A stretch of 32,529 nucleotides of DNA, from the IMG/VR virus record IMGVR_UViG_3300037419_000760, positions 1-32,529 of that record; one strand, 5' to 3'. The notes beneath the pieces were generated by a model. It did not search any database, was not told the DNA's origin, and was given only the letters and a program-made list of their open reading frames with translations. Positions 32,412 through 32,529 of the stretch are shown here, in pieces. A program made the position numbers and the translations under genes. This DNA comes from a virus. Lineage: Duplodnaviria > Caudoviricetes. How positions within the stretch are numbered: position 1 is the stretch's first letter; each line of letters begins with the position of its first letter.

Positions 32412-32529
32412 ATGACCGATTTAGACCGTCTCACACACAAGCTGATTAAGCTGGAAATTCCCTTCGCGTTCGATGGGAAGCATCTTATCGTGTGCGGATA
32501 CGTCGTGTGGTTTGGTCTCAACGGGCACT
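32412..32529 (+). CDS. Hypothetical protein (partial)
   Basis: MTDLDRLTHKLIKLEIPFAFDGK..., open to the window end, after a G9 run. Confidence 0.55.
   Translation, partial: MTDLDRLTHKLIKLEIPFAFDGKHLIVCGYVVWFGLNGH

Noticed and set aside
1-32529. Stop-codon reassignment, introns or inteins
   Set aside because: Genes tile densely and at full length in the standard code; TerL, portal and capsid show no interruptions or intein motifs.

Overview
Segment of a large tailed dsDNA phage (probably siphovirus-like; host not determinable from this window), made of two divergent, compositionally different arms. Bases 1-24.1 kb are an AT-rich minus-strand late/morphogenesis operon. In transcription order it encodes a sigma-70-like factor, a TerS candidate, an HNH nuclease, an ERCC4-type nuclease, TerL, portal, prohead protease with nested scaffold, a decoration protein, major capsid, a fibre/beta-helix cassette, neck and tail genes, and the start of a TP901-type tape measure. 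Bases 24.2-32.5 kb are a GC-richer plus-strand early-type region: small unknown genes, GP88-like and Zn-finger/OB-fold proteins, tRNA-Lys(UUU) and about ten near-consensus sigma-70 promoters. The most striking unexplained signal is an asymmetric dispersed motif, GTTAGCAG followed by at least 5 purines. It has at least 15 exact copies plus about 10 one-mismatch copies on both strands, is written into late coding sequence in both orientations, and flanks early promoters with a consistent polarity. Also notable: a candidate late-promoter element GTGTATA, iteron-like repeats at the arm junction, and a structured RNA candidate directly after the tRNA. All calls are from reading the sequence; no database searches were run.
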